From Candidatus Gottesmanbacteria bacterium (GTDB lineage: Bacteria > Patescibacteriota > Microgenomatia > 2-02-FULL-39-11): DNA of 64,000 nucleotides. The DNA is taken from contig JACPZE010000002.1 in NCBI GenBank assembly GCA_016195685.1, positions 4,177 to 68,176 on the forward strand, written 5' to 3'. A program made the translations under genes and the position numbers. Under the pieces are notes generated by a model. That model worked only from the letters and a program-made list of their open reading frames with translations. It did not search any database and was not told where the DNA came from. Shown piece after piece: positions 1-9,196 of the stretch; within the stretch, counting starts at the first letter, position 1; every line of letters begins with the position of its first letter.

Positions 1-782
1 GGGATAAAAATGTCTACGGGGAAGATGTACAAAAATTAGACGAGTACGCCAATGAGCTTTTTACCCAGGCATTTTTATCCTGTAATTGTGTATATTCAGT
101 CGGATCAGAAGAATTAGCACAACCGAAATTATCCGGTCATGATGGTATATATAGTATTACTCATGATCCGTTAGATGGTTCATCCAATATTGACACCAAC
201 TTACCGATTGGTACCATTTTTGCTGTTTATCCCAAAAGTGAGACATTATTGCAAAAAGGATCAACGATCACTGCATCCGGATATGTATTATATGGTCCAA
301 GCCTCATGTTAATTTATGCCACGAAAGGATCCGTAAACGGCTTTACTTACGATCCAAAATTCGGAGATTTTATATTAAGCCATCCGAATATTGCGATTGG
401 GAGCAAAAAAATTTATTCCATCAATGAGGGATATTGGGAATTATTTCATGAAAACGACCAAAATTATCTATCCAGCATTAAAAAGGAAGGATCCTATTCT
501 CTTCGGTATGTAGGATCGATGGTAGGCGATGTTCACAGAACACTCCTTAAAGGCGGCATTTTCCTTTACCCGTCGGACAAAAAACATCCTGAAGGAAAAT
601 TAAGGTTGCTTTATGAAGCAGCTCCTTTGGGATTTCTTATTATTCAATCGGGAGGAAGTGCTATCAGCAACGGGACTAATCCATTGGATATAATACCTGC
701 TAAACATGATCAAAGAGTTCCTATTATATTAGGATCAAAAGATGAAGTGGAAAAATATTTAGGATTTTTTAAGCCTCAATAA
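1..782 (+). CDS. fbp: Fructose-1,6-bisphosphatase class 1, 5'-truncated at the window edge. The frame is open from position 3.
   Basis: The open frame upstream of the listed ORF translates to ITHDPLDGSSNIDTNLPIGTIFAVY. The ORF itself contains GKLRLLYEAAPLGFLIIQSGG. Both are classic FBPase class I motifs. Stop codon TAA at 780-782. Confidence 0.85.
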   Translation, partial: DKNVYGEDVQKLDEYANELFTQAFLSCNCVYSVGSEELAQPKLSGHDGIYSITHDPLDGSSNIDTNLPIGTIFAVYPKSETLLQKGSTITASGYVLYGPSLMLIYATKGSVNGFTYDPKFGDFILSHPNIAIGSKKIYSINEGYWELFHENDQNYLSSIKKEGSYSLRYVGSMVGDVHRTLLKGGIFLYPSDKKHPEGKLRLLYEAAPLGFLIIQSGGSAISNGTNPLDIIPAKHDQRVPIILGSKDEVEKYLGFFKPQ

Positions 783-839
783 GTGACATTTTGAATAATC
801 TTTGATATAATAGAGAGTATTATTTCTGCCAGATTTTTA

Positions 840-868
840 CCCGCTGACAAGGAAAGATGCGGGTTTTT
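840..868 (+). terminator. Rho-independent terminator-like hairpin (CCCGC-N14-GCGGG followed by T5) after fbp, abutting the typA start.
   Basis: Seen directly: cccgc tgacaaggaaagat gcggg ttttt. The same CCCGC/GCGGG stem type recurs after rplT. Confidence 0.5.
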
Positions 869-877
869 CATGTATTT

Positions 878-2692
878 ATGGATATAAGAAATATTGCAAT
901 TATTGCACACGTAGACCATGGTAAAACAACGCTTGTAGATGGAATGCTCAAACAAACCCATACTTTTCGTGAGAATGAAGCGGAAATGACCCAAACTACC
1001 ATACTGGATCGAAACGAGTTAGAGAGAGAGAAAGGGATAACTATATTTGCCAAAAACATAGCAGTCATTTATAAAAAAACAAAGATTAATATTATCGATA
1101 CTCCGGGTCATGCTGATTTTAGTGGAGAGGTGGAAAGAGTTATCAACATGGCAGATGGAGCTTTACTTATAGTCGATGCGGCTGAAGGACCATTGCCTCA
1201 AACTCAATTTGTTCTATCGCAAGCGTTAAAACAAAACCTGAAACTTATAGTGGTTGTAAATAAAATAGACCGTAAAGATGCCAGACCCAAAGAAGTTTTA
1301 CACGAGATAGAAGAACTTTTTTTGCATTTAGCCCACCATGATGATCACCTGACTTTCCCAGTTCTTTATGCTATAGGTAGAGAAGAAAAAACTTGGAAAG
1401 TTATGCCTCACGACATACGTGAAAAAGCCGATTTGTCTCCCTTATTTGAAGAGATTATAAAAACAATTCCACCTCCTGTTGCGGACGTGCAAAAGCCCTT
1501 TAAAATGTTGGTATCAACTTTAGACTTTGATACGCATAAAGGATCATTTGCCATAGGAAAAGTAACCCAGGGCACAGTAAAACAAGGCCAAAAAGTATTA
1601 CAACTGAACGAAAAAGAAGTAGTTGGTAACTTTACAATCCAAAATGTTTTTAGCAGCAAAGGATTATTCCGTGAGGAAATAACCGAAAGTTTACCTGGTG
1701 ATATTATCGCTATCACAGGAATACCTGATGTAGCAATCGGACAAACAATTGCAGATCCGGAAGACCCAGTAGGATACCCGGCTATGAAAGTAGGAGAACC
1801 TACTTTGAAAGTGCTTATTAGTCCAAATACATCACCATTATCAGGGCGTGAAGGTAAATTTTGTACTGCCCGACAAATTGAACAGCGTTTGATAAAGGAG
1901 AAAAAAACAAATATTGGGTTAAAAATAGAAACAAATCCGCAAGGAAACGGATTTATCGTATCTGGCCGGGGTGAATTACATCTGGCAATACTTATAGAAA
2001 ATCTTAGGCGTGAAGGATATGAGCTTCAAGTAGGGAGACCGCAAGTTATATTAAAGGATAAGAATGGTAAAACACAAGAACCCATTGAAGAAATTACTAT
2101 CGAAATAGATAAAGCTTACATCGGTATTATCGTAGAAGAACTCGGAAAAAGAATGGGAGAACTCATTGATACGCAAACAAATGAACAAGGTATGACCAGG
2201 ATGGTATATCGGATATCAAGTCGGAATCTTCTAGGTCTTCGTAGTAGTATTTTAACAAAGACACGAGGGAATGGATTGTTTGCCAGTAGATTTTTGGATT
2301 ATTTCGATGAAATGCCCTTGATCGATAAACAAAGAAATGGGGTATTGATAGCTTTTGAAAGTGGTATATCGACCAACTTTGCATTAGAGACTGTGCAAGA
2401 GCGTGGGACATCATTTATAGGTCCCGGAGTATCGGTGTATGAAGGTATGATAATTGGATTAAATAAGCGTGACGAGGATATGGAAATAAATGTCTGTAAA
2501 GGTAAGAAGATGACAAATGTAAGAAGTAACGCAGATATCGCAGTTAAACTTGATCCGCCGGTTATTTTGACACTTGAACAATCACTGGATTTTATCGAAA
2601 ATGATGAACTACTTGAAGTGACTCCGAAATCACTAAGGTTGCGCAAACAATTCTTAAGTAAAATTGAACGCAATCGTGCTAGGAAAATCTGA
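878..2692 (+). CDS. typA: Translational GTPase TypA/BipA. The ORF-track start at 857 includes 7 extra codons; the likely start is MDIRNIAIIAHVDHGKTT at 878.
   Basis: N-terminal G-domain AHVDHGKTTLVD and DTPGHADF. The ~600 aa length fits BipA. Confidence 0.9.
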   Translation: MDIRNIAIIAHVDHGKTTLVDGMLKQTHTFRENEAEMTQTTILDRNELEREKGITIFAKNIAVIYKKTKINIIDTPGHADFSGEVERVINMADGALLIVDAAEGPLPQTQFVLSQALKQNLKLIVVVNKIDRKDARPKEVLHEIEELFLHLAHHDDHLTFPVLYAIGREEKTWKVMPHDIREKADLSPLFEEIIKTIPPPVADVQKPFKMLVSTLDFDTHKGSFAIGKVTQGTVKQGQKVLQLNEKEVVGNFTIQNVFSSKGLFREEITESLPGDIIAITGIPDVAIGQTIADPEDPVGYPAMKVGEPTLKVLISPNTSPLSGREGKFCTARQIEQRLIKEKKTNIGLKIETNPQGNGFIVSGRGELHLAILIENLRREGYELQVGRPQVILKDKNGKTQEPIEEITIEIDKAYIGIIVEELGKRMGELIDTQTNEQGMTRMVYRISSRNLLGLRSSILTKTRGNGLFASRFLDYFDEMPLIDKQRNGVLIAFESGISTNFALETVQERGTSFIGPGVSVYEGMIIGLNKRDEDMEINVCKGKKMTNVRSNADIAVKLDPPVILTLEQSLDFIENDELLEVTPKSLRLRKQFLSKIERNRARKI

Positions 2693-2981
2693 TTTTAACC
2701 CTTTTTTTAATCCTCCTATGTTTTATCGTTCCGCTGGGTAATTCAAGTATTAGATCATAAATAGGATTCCAAAAGAAAAAAGTATTGGGAAGTAAATTTT
2801 GCTTCATAACAGCAACCCTTTGCTTTTTGTCTAAAACCACTACATCTATAGGGAATTTTAGTCCAAAAGTATGAATACCGAAACGTGATTTGATAACTAG
2901 AGGGAAAGGGCTTTTTTTACCGATTAGGCCAACTGTTTTTTCCCAAAAAGTTTTAGCTTTTATAACTTTTATAATTAGCAT
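2679..2981 (-). CDS. DUF192 (COG1430) family protein
   Basis: 100-aa protein with a DUF192-like pattern (GLIGKK...PLVIK...FWNP...LELPSG). Convergent with typA and overlapping its 3' end by 14 nt. Confidence 0.55.
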   Translation of the reverse strand: MLIIKVIKAKTFWEKTVGLIGKKSPFPLVIKSRFGIHTFGLKFPIDVVVLDKKQRVAVMKQNLLPNTFFFWNPIYDLILELPSGTIKHRRIKKRVKIRFS

Positions 2982-2987
2982 TTCTAT

Positions 2988-4193
2988 TTACTCATACCTA
3001 ATTGCTTCAATTGGTGAAAGATCTGCGGCTTTTTTGGCTGGGAAAACACCAAAAATAATTCCAATAAGTGAAGAAACGCCTAAAGCAATTGCGACTGTTT
3101 GCAAATTGATGTAAGCAGGGAAAACTCGCTGAACTAGTAAAACTATCAAAAAAGAAACAGTTAACCCCAGAAGTCCTCCGATAAGAGATAAAAACACAGC
3201 CTCTGCCAGAAATTGGAAAAGGATATCTTTGCGTGTTGCTCCAATTGCCCTCCTTATCCCTATTTCTTTTATTCTTTCAGTTACAGTCACGTACATGATA
3301 TTCATGATTCCAATACCTCCGACAAGCAGTGAAATGGCAGCGATTGCTACAAGTACTGTATTTATGATGGAAAAAATTGAGGAAATTGCACTTAAAAGTT
3401 CTGCTTGTTGGATGACCGAGAAGTCATCTTCTTTGTAGCGTTTCAAAAGTTGTTTTTTTATATCATTTCGAAATACCTCAAGGTCTACCTTTGTGCGTGC
3501 TTTGGCAATAATGACCATAAATTTTTTATCGGGATTTAGGCTAAATGCGGTTTTGTAAGGTAAATATACAAAAGAATCCAAATCTGGCCCCCCAAAGCCT
3601 CCCCCTTTTGCTTCTAAAACTCCAATAATTCTAAAGCTTTGGTCTTGTACTTTGATGATTTTATCCAGAGCTTTTACTTCCTGATCATAGAGTTTGGCGG
3701 CAATTTTGGGTCCAACAACTGCCACTTTTGAACGCTTTTCCACATCATCTTTAGTAAAAGCAGCGCCGTATTTAGTCTTCAGATTGATTCCGAGAAAAAT
3801 GTCAGCACTGCTTGCATATAAATCGGCAATATTGGAATTTTTGCCAGAACTTGCAGTGATCGTTTTAGTAAAAACAGGAATTATATATTCAGCTTCTTTG
3901 ATGCGTTTAAGAGAAGCTACATCTTTTTCATCAAACCTTATTCCTCCAAAAGCGCCTGGTCCCGAACGAAAACCTCCACCAGAAAGTATTCTTCCGGGAA
4001 CAATTCTAACGAGATTTGTCCCCAAGCTTTCAAACTGGTTTTCGATATACTTTTTAAGTCCTAAGCCAAAGGACATAAGGAGGACGACAGAGGAAACACC
4101 TATAAGAATTCCCAGAGAAGTGAGGATAGTCCGACCTTTATTTCTGCGGAAATCTTCAAGTGAGCCTTTTATCAAAAAAAGTAGATATTGCAT
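2988..4193 (-). CDS. ABC transporter permease, FtsX/MacB family
   Basis: 401 aa. An N-terminal TM helix, a large extracytoplasmic domain and C-terminal TM helices give FtsX-like topology. Immediately downstream of the ABC ATPase. Confidence 0.8.
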   Translation of the reverse strand: MQYLLFLIKGSLEDFRRNKGRTILTSLGILIGVSSVVLLMSFGLGLKKYIENQFESLGTNLVRIVPGRILSGGGFRSGPGAFGGIRFDEKDVASLKRIKEAEYIIPVFTKTITASSGKNSNIADLYASSADIFLGINLKTKYGAAFTKDDVEKRSKVAVVGPKIAAKLYDQEVKALDKIIKVQDQSFRIIGVLEAKGGGFGGPDLDSFVYLPYKTAFSLNPDKKFMVIIAKARTKVDLEVFRNDIKKQLLKRYKEDDFSVIQQAELLSAISSIFSIINTVLVAIAAISLLVGGIGIMNIMYVTVTERIKEIGIRRAIGATRKDILFQFLAEAVFLSLIGGLLGLTVSFLIVLLVQRVFPAYINLQTVAIALGVSSLIGIIFGVFPAKKAADLSPIEAIRYE

Positions 4194-4197
4194 GATT

Positions 4198-4869
4198 TCA
4201 CGATTTCACGATTTCTCCGTCTCTTATTTGAATTTTTCTTTTAGCCCGTACTGCTACATCGGCTTCATGCGTGACCAAAATTACAGTGATTTTATCTTCT
4301 CGGTTTAATTCTGTAAGAAGAGTGAGAATTTTATCGCCGGTTTTTGTATCTAAGTTTCCAGTAGGTTCATCGGCCAAAATAACTTTAGGGTTATTTATAA
4401 GTGCCCGAGTAATCGCTACACGTTGTTGTTGCCCACCAGATAATTTATTTGGATAAGATGTGGCTTTTTCTTTGATCCCAAATCTTTCCATAAGCGAGAA
4501 AGCTCTTTCTTCTGGACTTGCGGAAAATTTTTGCTTTGAATAAATTGTGGGTAACAGGATATTTTCTAAAACTGTCAATTTATTGATAAGATTAAATTGT
4601 TGAAAAACAAATCCTACGAATTCATTCCGAAGGAGTGAAAGTTGTGAGTCAGATAATTTAGAAACATCTTTGCCTTCAACACAAATAGTTCCGCGGGTTG
4701 GATTATCCAAAAGACCAATAAGATGCATCAGAGTTGATTTACCCGATCCTGAGGGGCCTAAAATGGCTATGAATTCACCTTTATTTATGGATAGATTGAT
4801 GTTTTTGACAGCGGCAAAGATTTCACCATCAAGCTTGTATTCTTTAAATACGTTGGAAAGTTTAATCAT
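4198..4869 (-). CDS. ABC transporter ATP-binding protein (MacB/LolD-like). The likely start is MIKLSNV at 4869; the ORF-track start is 4914.
   Basis: Walker A GPSGSGKST, signature LSGGQQQRV and Walker B ILADEPTGNLD. Confidence 0.9.
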   Translation of the reverse strand: MIKLSNVFKEYKLDGEIFAAVKNINLSINKGEFIAILGPSGSGKSTLMHLIGLLDNPTRGTICVEGKDVSKLSDSQLSLLRNEFVGFVFQQFNLINKLTVLENILLPTIYSKQKFSASPEERAFSLMERFGIKEKATSYPNKLSGGQQQRVAITRALINNPKVILADEPTGNLDTKTGDKILTLLTELNREDKITVILVTHEADVAVRAKRKIQIRDGEIVKS

Positions 4870-5899
4870 AAACGGTTTCACCCGCGGTAACACCTGAAGT
4901 AATCTCAGTATCACTGTCTGTTTCCATCCCTGTTATGACTTCAACTTTTTCTTCTTTATCTTTTTTCTTCACTGTCACATATTTTTTGCTTGCCTGCGCA
5001 GGTAGGCCGTTTTGACTCGTGATAAATTTACTTGGTACATACAAAACGTTTTCCTTCCTTTTGGTGACAAAAGAAAGATCACCCGCCATGCCAAGTCTAT
5101 ATTTATAATCTGTATTGTCATTGGGAAATATAAATTTGACTTTATAAACTGTTCCTGTTTCATCCGCTTTAGGCAAAAAAGAGATATTTTTGATGGTTCC
5201 AGGTAGTGTTGCTTCAGGATAAGAATCAAGAGTTAGTTCTCCACCCATATTTTCGGTTAGCTTTACAACTTCGGTTTGATCAGCAGATGCAGAAAAATAG
5301 ATAGTTTTCGGATTTACAACCTCAAATTCTGCCTGGGTAGGAATAATATTGACACCACCGTAAGGAGCAGATACTCGGGTGACTACGCCTTCTATGGGTG
5401 TCCAAAGATTGGCATAGTCAATTGCGAGGTTTTGAATTTCAACATCTAAAACAGACTTATTTAGGGTAAATTGATATTTATCTATAATCCTTTTGATAGG
5501 ATCGGTGATAACTTGATCTTTATATGTATCACGCTTAGCCTGGTCTAAATCCCAACGAGTTGAAAGGTAATCATTTAATTCTTTTTGCAATGTTTTTTGC
5601 AATGCTATTTGATCTAAAGAGGCGATAGCTTGATATTTTTTTACATAATCTCCTTCCTTGACTCCTACCCAAGTAAGTCTTCCGGCTGTTTGAAAGCGTA
5701 ATGTCACGTGTTCATCGGCATCGACGGTTCCTGATATCGTCATTTTTTCCTCTAAATTTCCTTGACTTACTTTTGTACTCAATAATTTCTTTTGTCGTGG
5801 ACCAGAAACAAAGTTGCGGTAAATGAGAAAACCAAAAATAGCTATAATTATAATGATTACAAGGATTTTTTTCCTTTTAATAATTCGGATAATTTTCAT
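4862..5899 (-). CDS. Efflux periplasmic adaptor / membrane-fusion protein (HlyD/MacA family)
   Basis: N-terminal TM anchor, coiled-coil and beta-barrel region typical of membrane-fusion proteins. First gene of a three-gene operon with the ABC ATPase and FtsX permease. Overlaps the ATPase start by 8 nt. Confidence 0.75.
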   Translation of the reverse strand: MKIIRIIKRKKILVIIIIIAIFGFLIYRNFVSGPRQKKLLSTKVSQGNLEEKMTISGTVDADEHVTLRFQTAGRLTWVGVKEGDYVKKYQAIASLDQIALQKTLQKELNDYLSTRWDLDQAKRDTYKDQVITDPIKRIIDKYQFTLNKSVLDVEIQNLAIDYANLWTPIEGVVTRVSAPYGGVNIIPTQAEFEVVNPKTIYFSASADQTEVVKLTENMGGELTLDSYPEATLPGTIKNISFLPKADETGTVYKVKFIFPNDNTDYKYRLGMAGDLSFVTKRKENVLYVPSKFITSQNGLPAQASKKYVTVKKKDKEEKVEVITGMETDSDTEITSGVTAGETVYD

Positions 5900-6016
5900 G
5901 GGTAATATTATAAGTAACTTAAATAAGCAAAACAGTATTATGAATCACTAAATTAGTGAATACGATTGCAATATTTTGAATTATATCTCAAAACAGTGTA
6001 AAAGAGTAGCTAAATT

Positions 6017-6025
6017 TGTTACAAT
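6017..6025 (+). promoter_or_regulatory. Extended -10 promoter element (TGtTACAAT) positioned about 9 nt upstream of the mature tRNA-Leu 5' end
   Basis: Seen: tgttacaat at 6017-6025. The tRNA acceptor stem begins at 6035. Confidence 0.4.
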
Positions 6026-6034
6026 AAGATATTA

Positions 6035-6121
6035 GCCGCGGTGGCGAAATGGCATACGCGCAAGACTTAAAATCTTGTGATCGTCAAATCGATCATGAGA
6101 GTTCGACTCTCTCCCGCGGCA
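6035..6121 (+). tRNA. tRNA-Leu (anticodon UAA), type II with a long variable arm. CCA is not encoded.
   Basis: Acceptor stem GCCGCGG/CCGCGGC. D-arm GGCGAAATGGCATACGCG. Anticodon stem CAAGA/TCTTG with loop CTTAAAA. Long variable hairpin TGATCG..CGATCA. T-arm GAGAGTTCGACTCTCTC. Confidence 0.9.
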
Positions 6122-6172
6122 CCGAATAAAATCTGACGATTTTTTCGGTGTAAACACATTTGCTATAAGTGG

Positions 6173-7507
6173 TTATTTTCGTTCTATGGTGTAAACTTTC
6201 GGATAATAAAGAAATATTACGGGAGCATCGTCGACTAAGTATCTTTGGAAGTCAGAATAAATTTTTTTCCTCTTTTCGATATCTATAGTTTTTCTGCCAT
6301 CCTCAAGTAACTTATCTATTTTTAGGTTATTATAGTGGGTTAAATTAGTGTTGGTTTGAGTTGATTGCCATAATTGGTACTGATCGGGATCAGAAGGGAT
6401 TGCTTGGGCTAATAATAAAATTTGATAATCCGCCGGCAGAAAGTTAACGACTTTTATTTTTGCATGTACTCCTACTTTACTCCATGCGTCTACTATTGAT
6501 TGGGCAAGTTTTATAAAGGCGGCAAAAGTGGTAATTGTAATCTCAGATGAAGATGATGCCATTTCACTTTTCGCCAGAATTTTTGACGCTGTTTCAGGAT
6601 CGTATCTGTATAAGCGAACCTTTTGCGAATATGCCCAAGAAAGAGGAGAAACAGGGGTAAATGCTTTAGTATATTTTTCAAAATTCGGTATAGCATAGGT
6701 GAGCGCTTGCCTTACTTCTTTTTCCTTAAATAAAGGATCTTTAAGGTTAAAGAAAATGCCGATAAAATTATCGTAAATGTTTGTTTCTGTAATTTTAGTT
6801 CTTTTCCACGTAGCTAAATCAGATGCGTCAGAAATATTTTGCAAAATATCAACTTCTCCTAGTTTAAAAGCCAAAATTGCGTCATCTGCTGTTGGGTAAA
6901 ATCGATAAATAAGTGGAGGTAAATCAGGTATTTGCGACGTAAGACTTAGTTCTGATATGAAATCTCCAGAATAAAAAATTTTTGATAATTTATATCCACC
7001 GGTACCAATTAAGTTAGGTTTAACTATAGGTAAGGAAAGAATGGTAGGTAAAGGAGCATATGGTTCCTCTAAGGTAATTTTGTATATTGTGTCATTTGGT
7101 GTTTCAATCTTGGCACCTTTTATTTTGTAATTTATATCGCGACTTGTAAACCGTTTTCCATCATGCCAAAAAAGGTTGGGGTTTATAGAGAAAGTGTATG
7201 TCTTTTCACTCGGATCAACTTCCCACTTTTGTGCTATAGCAGGGGCTCCCTCACCTGACGGAAGTACTGATGTTAAACCTAAGCTTATTTGATTTTGGAT
7301 TGAAAAAGGTAAGGTATTTTCGCTGAATCGCCCTACTATCGCAATTTTTTTGATTTTTACACCTGAAATGCGATTATAAATTGGATAAGCTTGTAAAAAA
7401 AATAAAGTTGCAAAAAACCCCGTTAGGCTACCCAATGCCAGATATTTTTTGTGTCTTTTGACAAAAGTAATAAATAATAACCAAAGAAACTGTAGTTTCT
7501 TTTTCAC
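6173..7507 (-). CDS. Solute-binding protein, family 5 (Opp/Dpp-like), orphan. N-terminal TM anchor, no lipobox.
   Basis: 444 aa. VRQALTYAIP-type motif and overall SBP_bac_5-like composition. No adjacent permease or ATPase genes. Confidence 0.5.
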   Translation of the reverse strand: MKKKLQFLWLLFITFVKRHKKYLALGSLTGFFATLFFLQAYPIYNRISGVKIKKIAIVGRFSENTLPFSIQNQISLGLTSVLPSGEGAPAIAQKWEVDPSEKTYTFSINPNLFWHDGKRFTSRDINYKIKGAKIETPNDTIYKITLEEPYAPLPTILSLPIVKPNLIGTGGYKLSKIFYSGDFISELSLTSQIPDLPPLIYRFYPTADDAILAFKLGEVDILQNISDASDLATWKRTKITETNIYDNFIGIFFNLKDPLFKEKEVRQALTYAIPNFEKYTKAFTPVSPLSWAYSQKVRLYRYDPETASKILAKSEMASSSSEITITTFAAFIKLAQSIVDAWSKVGVHAKIKVVNFLPADYQILLLAQAIPSDPDQYQLWQSTQTNTNLTHYNNLKIDKLLEDGRKTIDIEKRKKIYSDFQRYLVDDAPVIFLYYPKVYTIERK

Positions 7508-7512
7508 GATAT

Positions 7513-7731
7513 TTAGGAGTAAATTAAGGAAAGAATGGAAGTAATAAGAAAAATTATTACCAAAGCAATCGTAAGATTAAAAACAATTTTTTCGACTCCT
7601 CGTCTGCTTTTGTAAAATTCTCCTCCTCCGCCGAAAGCGCGACCCAATCCTACTCCTTTTGCTTGAAGTATTATAAGTAAAATTAGGCTGACTGAAACGG
7701 CTATTTGAAATATTAATATTATATTTTTCAT
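7513..7731 (-). CDS. secG: Preprotein translocase subunit SecG
   Basis: 72 aa, two TM helices flanking a Gly-rich loop (LQAKGVGLGRAFGGGGEF). Confidence 0.8.
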   Translation of the reverse strand: MKNIILIFQIAVSVSLILLIILQAKGVGLGRAFGGGGEFYKSRRGVEKIVFNLTIALVIIFLITSILSLIYS

Positions 7732-7738
7732 AATAATA

Positions 7739-8743
7739 TTATACCAGATCTATAATTTTCATACACAGTTTGGCTATTTTGGATGAGTCATGTCTTATAA
7801 GACTTCTGTTTAAAAGATCACCTGTTTCTTTTTTTACTAATTTAGGAGATAGAAGATCAGCCGCAATTACCTTAAATGAAGTAGTTTTAGCAAAATCATT
7901 CATGATGGGCTCAGCGTCTACTTTCTGGTAGCGTTTCAATATATTTGGGGGAATTGGGGCATTATTTATAAAAACATAATCAAGGTTTTTTGATGGTAAA
8001 TACTGATTTAAAATATTGATGAACTTCGATGCAGTAAATTTATAAGTTTGACCTATTTCAGTCATCAGATTCTGTATGTATATAATCTTTGCCTGACTTT
8101 TAGAAAGTGCTTCCCCCATGCCATTTATCACTAAGTTAGCGATGATAGTAGTGTAGAATCCACCAGGTCCAATGATTATAAGATCACTTTCAGAGATGGC
8201 TTTTCCTACTTCGGGATTAAGTAAAGCCTTCGGATTGGTATAAAGTCGAGTAATAGCAATTTTACCGTTGTGAGCGGGTTGGTCGATAAAATGTTCTCCT
8301 ACGACCTTTGTTCCATCTGCGTAACTAGCGACCAAATCGATTTTATCCATGGTTACGGGTAAAACTTTTCCTCTTATCCTTAAAAATTCAGAAGCCTTTT
8401 CAATAGCTTTTGATTGGGAATTCATAATTTTTGTCAAAGTGACTAAAAACAAATTTCCAAAAGTCATTCCAACAAATCCTTCACCCTCAGAAAAACGGTA
8501 TTGGAAAAGCTTTCGAAGCAAAAGAGAATCACTCGTGGAAACGTCCGCAAGGGCCAAAAGAGATTTTCTTATATCACTGCTGGGCAATAATCCCCATGCA
8601 TCTCTTTCTTTTTTTGCGCTTCCGCCTGAATCAGCCATAGATACGACCGCCGTAATGTCGGCTGGATAATTTTTCAATCCTGACAGGATGCTGTAGGTTC
8701 CAGTACCGCCTCCAATTACGACAATTTTTTTATTCTGTTTCAT
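7739..8743 (-). CDS. yvcK: YvcK/UPF0052 (CofD-like) gluconeogenesis factor family protein
   Basis: N-terminus IVVIGGGTG...SMADSGGS. Length 334 aa. Confidence 0.8.
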   Translation of the reverse strand: MKQNKKIVVIGGGTGTYSILSGLKNYPADITAVVSMADSGGSAKKERDAWGLLPSSDIRKSLLALADVSTSDSLLLRKLFQYRFSEGEGFVGMTFGNLFLVTLTKIMNSQSKAIEKASEFLRIRGKVLPVTMDKIDLVASYADGTKVVGEHFIDQPAHNGKIAITRLYTNPKALLNPEVGKAISESDLIIIGPGGFYTTIIANLVINGMGEALSKSQAKIIYIQNLMTEIGQTYKFTASKFINILNQYLPSKNLDYVFINNAPIPPNILKRYQKVDAEPIMNDFAKTTSFKVIAADLLSPKLVKKETGDLLNRSLIRHDSSKIAKLCMKIIDLV

Positions 8744-9141
8744 TTAAAAACCCATCCTAGCAGTTTATTTATTAACACTGACAGTATTGCCAATAATATA
8801 GTAATTTGCCATTTTACCAAATTTAGAGATGAAAGAGTAATCGGTCCGATGTGGATACCCGAAAAATGCCAATCTGAGATTTTGACTTGAGGAGTTATAA
8901 TTGTCCACATATAAAAAATAGCTATCTGTATGATCCAGGAGGACATGTTTAGGGTAATTAAGTTTATTGGCAGCATTATGATATTTAAGATAGGTTTAAC
9001 AATGTATTGCAAAAGTAGCCAGATAAAGGCTGCATAAAAAAATCCTTGCCATGATCCAGAAAGGGAAAAAGAAGATACAAGCTGTGTCAAAATAAATATA
9101 GATGCAATAGCTAGGAGATATTTTTTCAATATAAATTTCAT
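8740..9141 (-). CDS. Small 4-TM membrane protein (phage-holin-4-like / DUF family), translationally coupled to yvcK
   Basis: 133 aa, very hydrophobic with about four predicted helices. Its stop overlaps the yvcK start in an ATGA arrangement. Confidence 0.4.
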   Translation of the reverse strand: MKFILKKYLLAIASIFILTQLVSSFSLSGSWQGFFYAAFIWLLLQYIVKPILNIIMLPINLITLNMSSWIIQIAIFYMWTIITPQVKISDWHFSGIHIGPITLSSLNLVKWQITILLAILSVLINKLLGWVFK

Positions 9142-9196
9142 CTTGATTTTTCAGATTATTATACAATGAACTTATTTCAATTTAGTATGAATAAAT

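Noticed and set aside
857-877. Upstream ATG at 857 for typA
   Set aside because: It lies inside the terminator hairpin, and the conserved BipA N-terminus starts at 878.
868-1068. Short antisense ORFs embedded in confirmed genes (this one inside typA). The same pattern applies to other track ORFs, including 1408-1716, 2163-2673, 3229-4308, 11363-11659, 12317-13006, 13858-15285, 16761-17104, 18004-18300, 22677-22913, 23566-23799, 24698-25260, 27283-27903, 35224-35574, 39774-40043, 40397-41942, 45076-46001, 46668-47662, 48223-49302, 51853-52197, 53216-53735, 55192-55419, 56883-57071, 58633-59940, 61400-61588, 62147-62706 and 63197-63409.
   Set aside because: All overlap, on the opposite strand or out of frame, strongly supported housekeeping CDSs. 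They have low-complexity translations and are typical AT-rich spurious ORFs.
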